NCBI GenBank assembly: GCA_900313475.1
Contig: OMRJ01000144.1
Span: 1 to 34,861 of the forward strand
Length of the DNA: 34,861 nucleotides
Direction of reading: 5' to 3'
From: an uncultured Eubacteriales bacterium
GTDB lineage: Bacteria; Bacillota; Clostridia; Oscillospirales; Acutalibacteraceae
Shown: one piece after another, positions 8,553 to 17,729 of the stretch
How positions within the stretch are numbered: position 1 is the stretch's first letter
Layout: each line of letters starts with the position of its first letter
Made by a program: the position numbers and the translations under genes
Notes under the pieces: generated by a model
The model's database searches: none
The model's input: the letters and a program-made list of their open reading frames with translations, nothing else
What the model was told of the DNA's origin: nothing

Positions 8553-9875
8553 ATGGCGGATAACGGCAAGGGAACATTGAAAAAAAGCGGCGCGGACAAC
8601 GTTAAAAGCTTCCGCGGAAAATACCGCATAAACACGAACATAGATTTCAGGTTAAGTCCGACCGCAAAGCGTATTGTATACATATTCCTTGCCGCGCTGT
8701 TCATAATTGTGCTCGTGCATCAGACATATCTCCGCGTCAAGCCGCAGACGCAGCTCAACACGCAGTCGGCGGTTATAAGACAGATATACGCAAGCGTCGA
8801 TGTTCCCGCATTTGTTGTCCGTCGGGAATCGGTGCTCCCCGCATCCGGCGGAACGACGGTTGTGCCTTGCGTCGAAAACGGCGGCAAGGTCAGCATAGGT
8901 GATGCTGTTGCCGATATATATGTGTCGGAGGCAGCCGCGTCTTCGGCTTCAAAGCTGTCGTCTCTCGAAACGCTTCTCAAATACTATGAGGGAATTGAGA
9001 ATGTGGAGTCCGCAAATCTTGTTTCTGATATAGGAATATACAATTCAGCCGTGCTTGACAGTTTGCTGTCGCTTAAAAAAAGCATCCTTACAGGAAATCT
9101 TTCCGTTCTTGAGGAGCTTGGATATAAATTCAGCGAAAATCTCACCAAAAGACAGATAATTGTCGGAAAAAGTGTTGATGTCAGTGCCGATGCGGCAGCC
9201 GTTACAGCTCAAATCGAGCAGATCAAAAGCGCTACGGGAATTAAAAGCACCGTCACTGCGGACAAGTCGGGCAATTTCGTGAACACACTCGACGGGTATG
9301 AAGGACTCGGCAGTTTTGACGAAATCAAGAAAATGACATACGGTGATGTTGAGTCGCTGCTCAATTCGCAGCCGTCCGCGACAGGTACCTCAAGCGTCGG
9401 AAAGCTGATAACGTCCTTTGTATGGTATGCTGTATGCAACGTTCCCGAAAAAGAAGCGATTAAGCTTGCGGTCGGAAACACGGTGACCGTTACGGTTGAC
9501 GGCTACGGCAGGGGAGACATCAGGTTTAAGGTCTATGCGAAAAATGAAAATGCGAACGGCTATGTTACACTGATTCTTTCAAATAACGAATTAAACGAGG
9601 ATCTTGCACTTTTGCGCAAGATAAACATTAAAATACACACGGAGGAATACGCGGGATATGAAATCGACAGAAAAGCACTTCGCACAGTTGACGGAGAAGT
9701 GGGCGTTTACGTCCAGCTCGGAAACGTTGTGAGGTTCAAAAAGGTCGATATAGTATACTCCGACGATTCGCTTGTTCTCTCGAAGAAAAAAGAAGGCGAA
9801 AGCGGGTACGTTTGCCTCTATGATGAAGTTATAATCGAAGGGACTGATCTTTATGACGGAAAAATTATCGACTGA
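8553..9875 (+). CDS. HlyD-family-like membrane-anchored protein (biotin-lipoyl-like hairpin plus beta-barrel), function unknown
   Basis: GGAGGG lies 6 nt upstream of the ATG. Single N-terminal TM (IVYIFLAALFIIVLV). A lipoyl-like motif (VENGGKVSIGDAVADIY). A central helical stretch and a C-terminal barrel-like region. The family call is by pattern recognition only. Confidence 0.5.
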   Translation: MADNGKGTLKKSGADNVKSFRGKYRINTNIDFRLSPTAKRIVYIFLAALFIIVLVHQTYLRVKPQTQLNTQSAVIRQIYASVDVPAFVVRRESVLPASGGTTVVPCVENGGKVSIGDAVADIYVSEAAASSASKLSSLETLLKYYEGIENVESANLVSDIGIYNSAVLDSLLSLKKSILTGNLSVLEELGYKFSENLTKRQIIVGKSVDVSADAAAVTAQIEQIKSATGIKSTVTADKSGNFVNTLDGYEGLGSFDEIKKMTYGDVESLLNSQPSATGTSSVGKLITSFVWYAVCNVPEKEAIKLAVGNTVTVTVDGYGRGDIRFKVYAKNENANGYVTLILSNNELNEDLALLRKINIKIHTEEYAGYEIDRKALRTVDGEVGVYVQLGNVVRFKKVDIVYSDDSLVLSKKKEGESGYVCLYDEVIIEGTDLYDGKIID

Positions 9876-10575
9876 ATGTGATTTTTCCTATCTCGACGAA
9901 AATTATGCCGTTATCAAAGAAAACATTGCACAGGCGGCAGTCGCTTCCGGGCGAAGACCCGAAGACGTAACGTTTATGGCTGTGACCAAGACTGTTGCTC
10001 CGCCGCCGATAAATCATGTGATTTCGCTCGGAGTCGATCTTATAGGCGAGAACAAGGTTCAGGAGCTTTTGTCGAAGCTTGAATTTCTCAACACCGACAG
10101 ACTCCGCATGCATATTATCGGACATTTGCAGTCAAATAAAGTGCGGAAGATTGTGGGAATCGTTTCGGGGGTTGAGTCGGTGGACAGTATTTCTCTTGCC
10201 GAAGAAATTTCAAAGCGCTGCGTACAGTCGGACTGTAAAATGGACGTGCTGCTTGAAGTCAATATCGGAAACGAAGAAGCCAAAACCGGTTTTACATACG
10301 ACGGAGCGCTTGAGCGCGCATTTGAAATTGCCGAAATGCCCAACATAAATTTGCGCGGATTTATGGCAGTTCCGCCGATATGCGAGGGCGATACGGTCAG
10401 GCGGTATTTCGCGAAGATGAACGGGCTGTACCTCGACGCGAAAGAGAAGCTGTCGGGCAAGGCGATTATTGACACACTCTCTCTCGGTATGTCGGCAGAT
10501 TATGCCGACGCAATAAAAGAAGGCTCGACTCTTGTAAGAGTGGGCAGCTCGCTTTTCGGTGCGCGGCGTTACTGA
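9853..10575 (+). CDS. yggS: YggS/YlmE family pyridoxal-phosphate homeostasis protein
   Basis: AVTKT PLP-lysine motif. HIIGHLQSNK. C-terminal LSLGMSADYADAIKEGSTLVRVGSSLFG. Sits in the conserved yggS-sepF-divIVA neighbourhood. 23-nt overlap with the upstream gene. Confidence 0.88.
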   Translation: MTEKLSTECDFSYLDENYAVIKENIAQAAVASGRRPEDVTFMAVTKTVAPPPINHVISLGVDLIGENKVQELLSKLEFLNTDRLRMHIIGHLQSNKVRKIVGIVSGVESVDSISLAEEISKRCVQSDCKMDVLLEVNIGNEEAKTGFTYDGALERAFEIAEMPNINLRGFMAVPPICEGDTVRRYFAKMNGLYLDAKEKLSGKAIIDTLSLGMSADYADAIKEGSTLVRVGSSLFGARRY

Positions 10576-10667
10576 TAAAAGCGCGGTGCAAGTGAAAATA
10601 CAAATCTGAATAATGCACAATATACTATAGTTTAAAATAAAAATATTATATTTGAAAGGACAGAAAT

Positions 10668-11144
10668 ATGAAACTCGGTGATAGATTGAAAAGGGCGCTT
10701 TGCATAGAAGATGCGGATTATTATGAGGACGGAGACGAAAACGAAATCCTCGATGATGAGGACGACGGGTCTGCCCCCGCAAGGGAAAGACTGTTTGCAC
10801 GTTCCGAAAAAAAACCGGTTCCGGCTCAGTCGGGTTCAACAAAGGTCGTGGATATCCACACCACTGCAAAGCTTCAGGTGGTGCTTAAAAAGCCGGAGCA
10901 TTTCGACGAGGGCACCGCAATTGCGGACGAGCTTATAGAAAAACGCACGGTTGTTTTGAATCTTGAAGCGACCGCAAAGGACGAAGCCGGAAAGCTGTTG
11001 TGCTTTTTGAGCGGCGTGGCTTATGCCAACGGCGGGAAACTGAAAAAAATCGCAAACAACACTTATATTATAACACCCTACAATGTCGATGTTATGGGCG
11101 ACCTTCTCGACGAGCTTGAAAACAACGGAATGTTCTTCGTCTGA
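10668..11144 (+). CDS. sepF: Cell division protein SepF
   Basis: 158 aa with an acidic linker. The C-terminal SepF core is VVLKKPEHFDEGTAIADELIEKRTVVLNLE...FLSGVAYANGGKLKKIANNTYIITP. Conserved context. Confidence 0.9.
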   Translation: MKLGDRLKRALCIEDADYYEDGDENEILDDEDDGSAPARERLFARSEKKPVPAQSGSTKVVDIHTTAKLQVVLKKPEHFDEGTAIADELIEKRTVVLNLEATAKDEAGKLLCFLSGVAYANGGKLKKIANNTYIITPYNVDVMGDLLDELENNGMFFV

Positions 11145-11194
11145 TAAGCCGATATTTCCGAAATTAATTCCGAACAGGAGAAAGGACGAGGCAA

Positions 11195-14100
11195 ATGCTT
11201 ACCCCGGCTCAACTTAAACAGATAAAACTCGAACAGCGTGAGGACGGTTACTATTCCGCACAGGAGGTCGACAGACTTCTCGGTCAGATAGGCGCCGACT
11301 ATTCGGAGGTCTTTACGGAAAACGGCAATTTGGTGAGAAAGCTCAGTATTCTTGCCGCGAAGCTCGATGAGTACCGCAAGGACGAAACCGTGTTGAGGGA
11401 TGTTTTGCTCAATGCGCAGAAAAGCGCCGATCTTATCATTTCCACGGCACAGGCACGTGCGGACGAGATGATCGAGGAGGCAAACAAGAGCGTTGCCGAT
11501 ATAGTGAAAACCGCAGACGGAATAGTTGACAATGCAAAGGCAAAAGCCGAGAAAGTCAACGCGGCTGCAGAGGCGGAATACGCAAGCATAATTTCCTCCG
11601 CAAAGGTTCTTGCGGAGGGGTACATTAACGCGGCGCAGGAGAATGCCGAAAAGGTAAACGCCGAAACGCAGCGCAGTGTAAATGATCTGCTTGCCGACTG
11701 TGACGAAAAGGCTACCGCCGTGCTCGAAAAGGCGCAGGTGCGCGCATCGGAGCTTATGAATGACGCGCAAAAGGCTGCCGACGCGATAGCGGAAAACGCG
11801 CAGGCGGATGCCGACGAGGTCCGTGAAGCCGCAAAAAACGAAGCTGCCGAAACCGCGCAGAATATAATAGATGAGGCTAACGAGAAAGCTAAAAAAATCG
11901 TCGACGAGGCAAACGACACGGCTGCAAAAACACTTGAAAACGCCAAAGAGGATTCCGACAGTCTTCGCAGTCAGACCGCCGCAACGGCGCAGTCGGTCAT
12001 GAGTGAAGCGCAGAACAACGCCGCAGAGCTGAAAGAAACGGTTGAAAAATATTCGTCCGAGCTTCGCGAGGACGCACAGAACAAGGCGTCGGCAATCATT
12101 GCGGACGCAACCGAAAGGGCGCAAAAGCTGCTTGACGAATCACGCACTGCGGCTGATTCCGTGCTCACGGAGGCGACGGAAAAGGCGAATGCACTTGCCG
12201 CAGATTCCGCGGAAAAGGCAAACACCATGCTTGCTGATGCAAAGAGCAGGGCGGAAGCTATGCTGACCGAAGCAAAGACAAATGCCGAAAACGCGGTTGC
12301 AGAGGCTCAAAAGTATAAAGATGAGACAACCGAGCAGACGCGCACGGCGCTTGAAAACGCGCAGACGGCGGAAAACGACGCACGTGAAAAGGCATCCGCG
12401 CTTTTGACGGAGGCTGAGCAGAAGGCTTATGAAATGCTCGAAGAAGCCAAAACAAAGTCGACCGAAATGATAACCTCTGCGGAGACGGAATCTTCGGAGA
12501 TGCTTACCACAGCGCAGAGCCGTGCGGACGAGATAAAGGAAGTTACAAACAGAAACGCATACGCAAAGCTTGAAGAAGCGCGTTCAAAGGCAGAAACCGC
12601 AGTCGAGGACACCCGCGCGGAAGCGGAAGCCGCGCTTGCGAATGCAAAAGCGGAAGCGCAGGCACTTCTTGACGATGCGAAAAAGCTTGCGGAAGATATA
12701 AAGACAAAGACACAGACACAGGCGTCGGAGCTTACCGAAGCCGCAAAAACACAGGCGCTCGGCATAATCGCCGAAGCGAAAATGGCAGCCGCCGCACTTG
12801 CCGCGGACACCGAAAAGCGTGTCAGCGAGGCTCTTGAAGCATGCGACGCGACGGTGGAAAAAAACCTTAACGAAGCAAAGGAAAAGAGCAATATTATGGT
12901 CAGCGTAGCGACCGAGAACGCTCGCTCAAAGACCGACAGCGCCGACCGCAATGCGACCTCAATGCTGGATGAGGCGAAGAAAAAGTCAGCCGAAATGCTT
13001 GTGTCGGCTAAGACCGAATGCGACAGAATGGCGGTTCTTGCAGGCAGTCTTAAGGGGAAGATAACAGACCTTCTCAACACTGCCGCGCAGAATTACAACA
13101 CTGTGAGAAGTCAGGCGGCATCGCTGCGCGAGAATCTGCAAAAGCAGGTCACTGCGAGTGAGGAGCTGCTTAAGGCACAGCGCGATGCGCTTGCGGTGCT
13201 TCCGGCATTTGAAGAAAATGAAGTCTTTAACGTCAATCTCGACGCTGTTGTCGAGCCGCTTCTTGACGGTATAGACGCCGTCGGCGTGCTTGCGGGGTTC
13301 GGAATTTCCGCCGATCGTGAAGTCGCAAAGGAACCGATAGAGGATGCCCCCGACCTTTCGTCTATGGCTGCCTTTGAAAAGAGCGCCGCTGTCGAAATAA
13401 CGGCAGATACATCCGCCGCCGACGAAAAGGCGCGTGAAATAGCTGATAACGACACGGAAAAGTTCGTTTCCGAAAACTCAAAATTTGAAGATGTTTCGGG
13501 TGTTACTCTGCCCGAAAAACAGTCCGCAGCCGAAAACGGAGACGGCGAACATACCGATATAATAGCCGGTATTCCCGACGAAATCGGATTTGACGGAGTG
13601 CAGAATGTGCCCGAATACAGCGCCGATGCGTTTGCGTCGCATGCCGCGAAAGTCCGCGAGAAAATAGCCTCAGCCGCCGAGATCGGCGAAAAGACCGTTT
13701 CGAGTATTGCAGACGCGGGCGCGGAGGCAATCGCGGCTGCCGAAGCTGTGTCCGAAGTCGAAGCCGAGCCGATAACCGACGGTGAAAAAGACGGGAATGC
13801 GGCGAAGGACGAAAAAACAACGGCACCGGAATCCGTCGACGCGGGCTTCACATTTGATTTTTCCGCTGCGGAGGAGGAATACTCGGCACCCGCAGTCGAA
13901 GCTCCGCAAATTGACAGTGTCCCCGAAGTTAAGGCGGAACAGATTCCCGATGTCTCCGCATTTGACGATTTTGACGATTTCGGTGACTTTGAAGATATAG
14001 AGGTCGAAGCGCCCGCAGGCATTTCGGACGTTAACGACAAGAATAACGGCGGAGCCGACGCAATCTCCGACGACGATATCGCAAGCAGCATTTCAGGCAA

Positions 14101-14335
14101 GATCGCCGCAATGCGCAATTCCTCACCCGAAAACGATAACGGCGGAATTTTTGACGATACGCTCGGTGAACCCGAAGCAATAACCGAAGCGCCGACTGTC
14201 GAAGGTTCGGATGCTTCAGACAGTGAAAGCGGCGGATTCGATTTCGATTTCTCCGTATTTGAAAACACTCCCGCGCCGCGTCCCGTTCACGAAAACGGCG
14301 CAAAGAAGAAGCGCAGGAACAGGAAGAAAAAATAA
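11195..14335 (+). CDS. divIVA: DivIVA-domain protein with a very long hendecad-repeat coiled-coil body and an acidic disordered tail
   Basis: The N-terminal roughly 75 aa match the DivIVA lipid-binding and coiled-coil start (LTPAQLKQIKLEQ...GYYSAQEVDRLLGQI...LSILAAKLDEYRKDETVLRDVLLNAQKSA). It sits at the divIVA position after sepF and before lspA-rluD. At 1046 aa it is far longer than the roughly 160-aa canonical DivIVA. Confidence 0.85.
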   Translation: MLTPAQLKQIKLEQREDGYYSAQEVDRLLGQIGADYSEVFTENGNLVRKLSILAAKLDEYRKDETVLRDVLLNAQKSADLIISTAQARADEMIEEANKSVADIVKTADGIVDNAKAKAEKVNAAAEAEYASIISSAKVLAEGYINAAQENAEKVNAETQRSVNDLLADCDEKATAVLEKAQVRASELMNDAQKAADAIAENAQADADEVREAAKNEAAETAQNIIDEANEKAKKIVDEANDTAAKTLENAKEDSDSLRSQTAATAQSVMSEAQNNAAELKETVEKYSSELREDAQNKASAIIADATERAQKLLDESRTAADSVLTEATEKANALAADSAEKANTMLADAKSRAEAMLTEAKTNAENAVAEAQKYKDETTEQTRTALENAQTAENDAREKASALLTEAEQKAYEMLEEAKTKSTEMITSAETESSEMLTTAQSRADEIKEVTNRNAYAKLEEARSKAETAVEDTRAEAEAALANAKAEAQALLDDAKKLAEDIKTKTQTQASELTEAAKTQALGIIAEAKMAAAALAADTEKRVSEALEACDATVEKNLNEAKEKSNIMVSVATENARSKTDSADRNATSMLDEAKKKSAEMLVSAKTECDRMAVLAGSLKGKITDLLNTAAQNYNTVRSQAASLRENLQKQVTASEELLKAQRDALAVLPAFEENEVFNVNLDAVVEPLLDGIDAVGVLAGFGISADREVAKEPIEDAPDLSSMAAFEKSAAVEITADTSAADEKAREIADNDTEKFVSENSKFEDVSGVTLPEKQSAAENGDGEHTDIIAGIPDEIGFDGVQNVPEYSADAFASHAAKVREKIASAAEIGEKTVSSIADAGAEAIAAAEAVSEVEAEPITDGEKDGNAAKDEKTTAPESVDAGFTFDFSAAEEEYSAPAVEAPQIDSVPEVKAEQIPDVSAFDDFDDFGDFEDIEVEAPAGISDVNDKNNGGADAISDDDIASSISGKIAAMRNSSPENDNGGIFDDTLGEPEAITEAPTVEGSDASDSESGGFDFDFSVFENTPAPRPVHENGAKKKRRNRKKK

Positions 14336-14347
14336 CGGAGGCAGATT

Positions 14348-14926
14348 TTGAAGGATACAACAAAAAGGATTTTGAGATTTGCCGCGCAGATTGCAGCTGT
14401 CGGTCTTCTTGTGTGGATCGATCGCATTATAAAAAATGCGGCTGCGGCAGGCCTGTACGGTAAAGGAACGAAAGTGCTTGTAAAGGGATTTTTGGGACTT
14501 TGCTATGCAGAAAACACCGGCGCGGCGTTCAGCATGTTCAATACCTCCACCGACGTGCTTTCGGCAGTCACCGGGGTGATTATGGCGGCGGCGCTTGTGC
14601 TGCTGTTCGTGATAAAAAACAAGCCGAAAATATACGATATCTGCGTACCGCTTATCATTGCGGGCGGAATGGGCAATCTGCTTGACCGACTGACGCGCGG
14701 ATACGTTATCGACTACATAAGAACCCTGTTTATTGATTTTCCGATTTTTAATTTTGCGGATATTCTCATAACGTGCTCATGCGGCGCGGTGATAATATAT
14801 CTGATATATGAGATGATAACCGATACAAAAAAAGAAAAAGCAAAAAAGGCAGCCGGGTTCAACGGTCAAGGTGCCGTAAGCGGCGAAAACAGAGAAAACC
14901 GAGAAAACGGCGGTGACGCCGAATGA
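14348..14926 (+). CDS. lspA: Lipoprotein signal peptidase (signal peptidase II)
   Basis: TTG start 6 nt after GGAGG. NTGAAFSM, GNLLDR and FPIFNFADILI motifs. Four predicted TM segments. Confidence 0.9.
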   Translation: MKDTTKRILRFAAQIAAVGLLVWIDRIIKNAAAAGLYGKGTKVLVKGFLGLCYAENTGAAFSMFNTSTDVLSAVTGVIMAAALVLLFVIKNKPKIYDICVPLIIAGGMGNLLDRLTRGYVIDYIRTLFIDFPIFNFADILITCSCGAVIIYLIYEMITDTKKEKAKKAAGFNGQGAVSGENRENRENGGDAE

Positions 14927-15879
14927 CGCTGCTCTCGCTGACCGTACCGCCCGAATATGCCGGGCTGCGGTTGGACAAGACTATTCCGCTGCTCAACGGT
15001 GAACTGTCGCGCTCTGCGGTGCAGAGGCTTATCGAGTCGGGAGGCGTTACCGTGAACGGATCGGCTCCCGACAAAAAGAAAAAGCTTGCGGACGGCGATC
15101 GCATTGAAATTGAGGTTCCCGACCCCGAAATCCTCGATGCTGTACCGCAGAATATACCGATTGAAATTGTATACGAGGACGACAGTCTGCTGGTGGTGAA
15201 CAAGCCGAAGGGAATGGTTGTCCACCCCGCGGCGGGAAATCCCGACGGAACGCTTGTAAACGCGCTTTTATACCACTGCGGCGGACGGCTTTCTTCTGTA
15301 AACGGCATTATCCGTCCCGGAATCGTTCACCGTATTGATAAAGATACATCCGGACTTCTGATAGTCGCAAAAACGGACGAAGCACACAAGGGACTTTCAG
15401 AGCAGATAAAAGCTCACTCGTTTAAGCGCGAATACCGCGCCGTTGTGATTGGACACATGCCGCAGTCGAGCGGAACAATAGAGTATCCGCTCGGACGAAG
15501 CAGGAACGACCGTAAAAAGCAGGCGGTCAACGGCTTGAATCCGCGAGACGCAATCACGCATTATGAGACGCTTTTAAGTTTTGAAGGCTTTGATTATGTC
15601 CGTTTCACGCTTGAAACGGGGCGGACTCATCAGATAAGAGTTCACTCGGCTTATATCGGGCATCCCGTAGCCGGCGACGCGGTCTACGGCGATGCAAGAA
15701 AGACCTGCGGACTTTCGGGGCAATGCCTGCACGCCGCGGTCATAGGCTTCGTTCACCCCGTCTCGGGAAAATATCTTGAATACAGTGCTCCGCTTCCGCC
15801 TTATTTTACTGAGTTTCTCCGTAAAAACGGCATAACGGACACTGACATAGAAAACGCAGAAAAACACAAAAAAATATAA
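14923..15879 (+). CDS. rluD: 23S rRNA pseudouridine synthase, RluA/RluD family
   Basis: N-terminal S4-like domain (RLDKTI...SRSAVQRLI). Catalytic HRIDKDTSGLL motif. TGRTHQIRVH. ATGA overlap with the lspA stop. Classic lspA-rluD pairing. Confidence 0.9.
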   Translation: MTLLSLTVPPEYAGLRLDKTIPLLNGELSRSAVQRLIESGGVTVNGSAPDKKKKLADGDRIEIEVPDPEILDAVPQNIPIEIVYEDDSLLVVNKPKGMVVHPAAGNPDGTLVNALLYHCGGRLSSVNGIIRPGIVHRIDKDTSGLLIVAKTDEAHKGLSEQIKAHSFKREYRAVVIGHMPQSSGTIEYPLGRSRNDRKKQAVNGLNPRDAITHYETLLSFEGFDYVRFTLETGRTHQIRVHSAYIGHPVAGDAVYGDARKTCGLSGQCLHAAVIGFVHPVSGKYLEYSAPLPPYFTEFLRKNGITDTDIENAEKHKKI

Positions 15880-15896
15880 CAAGGAGAGTGCTTTTA

Positions 15897-16742
15897 ATGG
15901 ACAAAGCAGAGAAAAAACAGCTCAAAAAAATCGCCTGTAACGTGAGAAAAGGCGTTATCGAGGGCACATTCAACGCAAAGAGCGGTCATCCCGGCGGCTC
16001 GCTTTCGATAGCGGATATTCTCACTTACCTCTACTTTAAAGAGATGAACATCGACCCCGCCGACCCGCACAAGGCAGACAGGGACAGACTTGTTCTCTCA
16101 AAGGGACACGCCGCGCCCGCTCTTTACGCGGTGCTCGCCGAGAGAGGATATTTCCCGGTTGAGGATCTCAAGACCCTCCGTAAGTCGGATTCCTATCTTC
16201 AGGGACATCCCAACATGAATTACGTTCCCGGCGTCGACATGAGCACCGGCTCACTCGGCCAGGGGATTTCCGCCGCAGTCGGTATGGCTCTTGCTTCAAA
16301 GCGCGACGGCGATAAATTCAGAGTATATACCGTTCTCGGCGACGGCGAAATTGAAGAAGGTCAGGTTTGGGAGGCTGCAATGTTTGCTTCGGCAAAGCAT
16401 CTTGACGGACTTACCGTTATCGTCGACAATAACAATCTTCAGATCGACGGTACCGTTGAGGAAGTCAACTCACCATATCCCATTCCCGAAAAATTTGCTG
16501 CGTTCGGATTTAATACCGTCGAGATATGCGGCCACTGCTTCGATGAGATAGAAAAAGCGATCGAAGAAGCAAAGGCGACGAAGGACAAGCCTACTGCAAT
16601 CATAATGAAGACCGTAAAGGGCAAAGGCGTTTCGTTCATGGAGAACAAGGTAAACTGGCACGGCAGCGCTCCCAATAAGGAGCAGTATGACGAGGCCATG
16701 GCGGAGCTTGACGCGGCAATCGCTGCGCTTGACGCAGAATAA
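15897..16742 (+). CDS. Transketolase, N-terminal (TPP-binding) subunit
   Basis: SGHPGGSLS, LSKGHAAPALYA and GDGEIEEGQVWEA motifs. I prefer the ATG at 15897 (AAGGAGA 9 nt upstream) over the GTG at 15888. Confidence 0.9.
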   Translation: MDKAEKKQLKKIACNVRKGVIEGTFNAKSGHPGGSLSIADILTYLYFKEMNIDPADPHKADRDRLVLSKGHAAPALYAVLAERGYFPVEDLKTLRKSDSYLQGHPNMNYVPGVDMSTGSLGQGISAAVGMALASKRDGDKFRVYTVLGDGEIEEGQVWEAAMFASAKHLDGLTVIVDNNNLQIDGTVEEVNSPYPIPEKFAAFGFNTVEICGHCFDEIEKAIEEAKATKDKPTAIIMKTVKGKGVSFMENKVNWHGSAPNKEQYDEAMAELDAAIAALDAE

Positions 16743-16755
16743 GGAGGACAGCAAA

Positions 16756-17703
16756 ATGGCAGATATTATTAAAACGGCAACAAGAGATGCCTACGGCAAG
16801 GCGCTCGTAGAGCTTGGCGAGAAGAACGAAAAGCTTGTTGTGTTCGATGCCGACCTCGCGGCGGCAACCAAAACCGGTATGTTCAAAAAGGCTTTCCCCG
16901 ACCGCTTTATCGACTGCGGCATAGCAGAGGGCAATATGATGGGCGTTGCGGCAGGCATGGCTACGGCGGGTTACACGGTTTTTGCAAGCTCGTTTGCGAT
17001 GTTCGCCGCGGGCAGAGCCTTTGAACAGATAAGAAACACGATAGGATACCCTCATATAAATGTAAAAATAGGTGCGACCCACGCCGGCATTTCCGTCGGA
17101 GAGGACGGCGCAAGCCATCAGTGCTGTGAGGATATCGCGCTTATGCGCACCATCCCCGGCATGACGATAATCAACCCCGCCGACGATATCGAAGCGCGTC
17201 TCGCCGTTTTTGCGGCTGCCGAGCATGACGGTCCCGTCTACATGCGTTTCGGACGTCTTGCGGTGCCGAGAGTGTTTGATGACAGTTATAAATTCGAAAT
17301 CGGCAAGGGTGTTTATCTCAACAAGGGCACCGATGTAACGATCATTGCAACCGGACTTCTCGTCGAAAGAGCTATCCAGGCGGCAGAGCTTCTTAAAAAC
17401 GAGGGTATCAGCGCGTCGCTCATCAATATGGCTACCATTAAGCCCATTGACCGCGATATTATTCTCGATGCCGCTAAAACGACAGGCTGCATAGTTACCG
17501 CAGAGGAACACAACATTATCGGCGGCTTGGGTTCCGCCGTCGCAGAGGTCGTTGCCGAGGAATATCCCGTTCCCGTGCTGCGTGTCGGAGTCGAAGACAC
17601 ATTCGGTAAATCCGGCCCCGCGCTTGAGCTGCTTGAGATCTTCGGCCTTAATGCGCAGAATATCGTCGCGAAGGCAAAAAGAGCGATAGAGCTTAAAAAA
17701 TAA
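16756..17703 (+). CDS. Transketolase, C-terminal (pyrimidine-binding) subunit
   Basis: MADIIKTATRDAYGKALVELG, DCGIAEGNMMGVAAGMA, HAGISVGEDGASHQ. ATG at 16756 lies 8 nt after AAGGAGG. The ORF-track extension to 16687 overlaps the upstream subunit and lacks an RBS. Confidence 0.9.
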   Translation: MADIIKTATRDAYGKALVELGEKNEKLVVFDADLAAATKTGMFKKAFPDRFIDCGIAEGNMMGVAAGMATAGYTVFASSFAMFAAGRAFEQIRNTIGYPHINVKIGATHAGISVGEDGASHQCCEDIALMRTIPGMTIINPADDIEARLAVFAAAEHDGPVYMRFGRLAVPRVFDDSYKFEIGKGVYLNKGTDVTIIATGLLVERAIQAAELLKNEGISASLINMATIKPIDRDIILDAAKTTGCIVTAEEHNIIGGLGSAVAEVVAEEYPVPVLRVGVEDTFGKSGPALELLEIFGLNAQNIVAKAKRAIELKK

Positions 17704-17729
17704 GAGTACAAATAAAGGACAGTAAAGTA

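Noticed and set aside
11450-13100. Possible CRISPR-like or tandem DNA repeat, because of strong 33-nt periodicity
   Set aside because: The periodicity is at the protein level (11-codon repeats), with degenerate nucleotide sequence and no conserved direct repeat and spacer structure. It lies inside an intact ORF.
11078-14268. Very long minus-strand ORFs (348, 215, 217 and 385 aa) antisense to the DivIVA-domain gene
   Set aside because: They translate to low-complexity Ser/Ala/Phe/Cys-rich strings with no motifs. The sense strand is dominated by GCN, GAR and AAR codons, whose complements rarely create stops, so long antisense ORFs are expected. The sense frame has a clear DivIVA head, an RBS and conserved context.
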